Shown here: positions 63,030 through 64,000 of the stretch, one piece after another
How the letters are laid out: each line of letters starts with the position of its first letter
Position numbering within the stretch: position 1 is the stretch's first letter
Source of the DNA: Cirrosporium novae-zelandiae
Lineage: Eukaryota
NCBI GenBank assembly: GCA_026023565.1
Contig: JAPETS010000013.1
Span: 620,001-684,000, forward strand
Length of the DNA stretch: 64,000 nt
Reading direction: 5' to 3'
The notes under the pieces: generated by a model
The model's input: only the letters and a program-made list of their open reading frames with translations
Database searches by the model: none
Told to the model about the DNA's origin: nothing
Made by a program: the position numbers and the translations under genes

Positions 63030-64000
63030 TTATGAACTGCTTGTTCCAAATATTCCCCAGTGCTGTTCGACGTTGAATGGGCCAGGCTGCTTCCAGAGGT
63101 CATTATAGGCGGTGAAGAGGAAGATATTTGACGCAAAGGCACTTTTCAAAGAGGAAATGGCCGTTTTTTGGTTGGCTTCTGATGGAACAGCAAGGCCATT
63201 AGGGGATCCTGCAGATGGCCAGCCCGATTCTGTGATGACTGTTTCCTTACCCCCCGCGGCATCCGATACCTGCTGGGCTTGTTGAAGAACATAGTCACCT
63301 GCCCCAGATGCCTCAACGCTAGAATCGAAGAAAGCATGGCAATTTGCGGCACAATAGTCGGATGCTCCGCAAAGCTGGGGGTTCTGAATGAGTATGTCAA
63401 AAGTGTCAACCGTCACAACAGGGCCAGTGAATCTAGCTGTGCGAAGTTCCGAGCGCACAGAATTGACAGCATTAACAACGTCACCAACAGAATGAAGGCC
63501 TTGGTTGACGCATTCATTGCACACAGATATGGTATCGACAGGTGACCAGTTGCCATTAACGGCACTAATAATTGTCTGGACATCGCTACTAAGGTTGGTA
63601 AGGTCAAAAATGCCAAGCATCACTTTCAGGCCCTTGGAACTAGCTGCCTGGAGAACCATAGGAACTTGGCCGCAATCAGTACCATAGATGCGGACCATTT
63701 GATACCCATTTATTCCATTGAAATCAGTGTTGATCTGATTCTGGGTCTTGCAGCTTCCAGATGCACTGTATGGAGAATAGGTCAAGCCGAGGCCACCGCC
63801 TGATAGAACTGCATTTTGTCCCGCCGATGATGCCACTGCTACAAAAGTCGCAGCTCCTTCACTCAACGTGGGTGTCACCGAAGAGGCTACATATGAAGGG
63901 ACTTCGTATGACGAGGCTGATGCCAGTGAAGCTGAGATGGATGACACTTTAACAGAGATAGCAGCTGATGCTGACGAAGCTGACCAGACTGCGGAGGCAG
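63030..64000 (-). CDS. GH17 cell-wall glucanase/transglucosylase (Scw4/10/11 type); 5' end lies outside the window
   Basis: Ser/Ala-rich linker, LTYSPY, VRIYGTDC, ISVCNE, ANCHAFFD, ITESGWPS, EQHWGIF. Confidence 0.92.
   Translation of the reverse strand, partial: ASAVWSASSASAAISVKVSSISASLASASSYEVPSYVASSVTPTLSEGAATFVAVASSAGQNAVLSGGGLGLTYSPYSASGSCKTQNQINTDFNGINGYQMVRIYGTDCGQVPMVLQAASSKGLKVMLGIFDLTNLSSDVQTIISAVNGNWSPVDTISVCNECVNQGLHSVGDVVNAVNSVRSELRTARFTGPVVTVDTFDILIQNPQLCGASDYCAANCHAFFDSSVEASGAGDYVLQQAQQVSDAAGGKETVITESGWPSAGSPNGLAVPSEANQKTAISSLKSAFASNIFLFTAYNDLWKQPGPFNVEQHWGIFGTSSS

Overview
Gene-dense genomic DNA from a filamentous ascomycete (Pezizomycotina), judged from short GT-AG introns with CTRAY-type branch points, frq, usgS/fmdS and a PTH11-like gene. 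Intergenic DNA is rich in microsatellites. About 24 apparently intact protein genes (two truncated by the window edges) include CUE3/ASCC2, RPS20, an Amo1/Nup42-type nucleoporin, formamidase, an Frt1/Fsy1-like sugar porter, usgS, INP1, ERV25, kinesin-10, SDH5, two other MFS transporters, frq, SCOT, hydrolases, ATG26, TFB5 and a GH17 glucanase. The main finding is a minus-strand tRNA-Ile(AAT) gene (28685-28847). It has a canonical anticodon-loop intron plus a second 54-nt GT...AG spliceosomal-type intron in the T arm, and removing both gives a fully paired 74-nt cloverleaf. Other findings: a three-gene accessory island in which each gene has an in-frame stop explicable by RIP-type CpA>TpA; a 66-bp perfectly palindromic hAT-like MITE with an 8-bp TSD; head-to-head linkage of CUE3 with its ribosome-quality-control substrate uS10; and a usgS-fmdS pair separated by about 6 kb. 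All calls were made by eye from motifs and splice signals; no searches were run.
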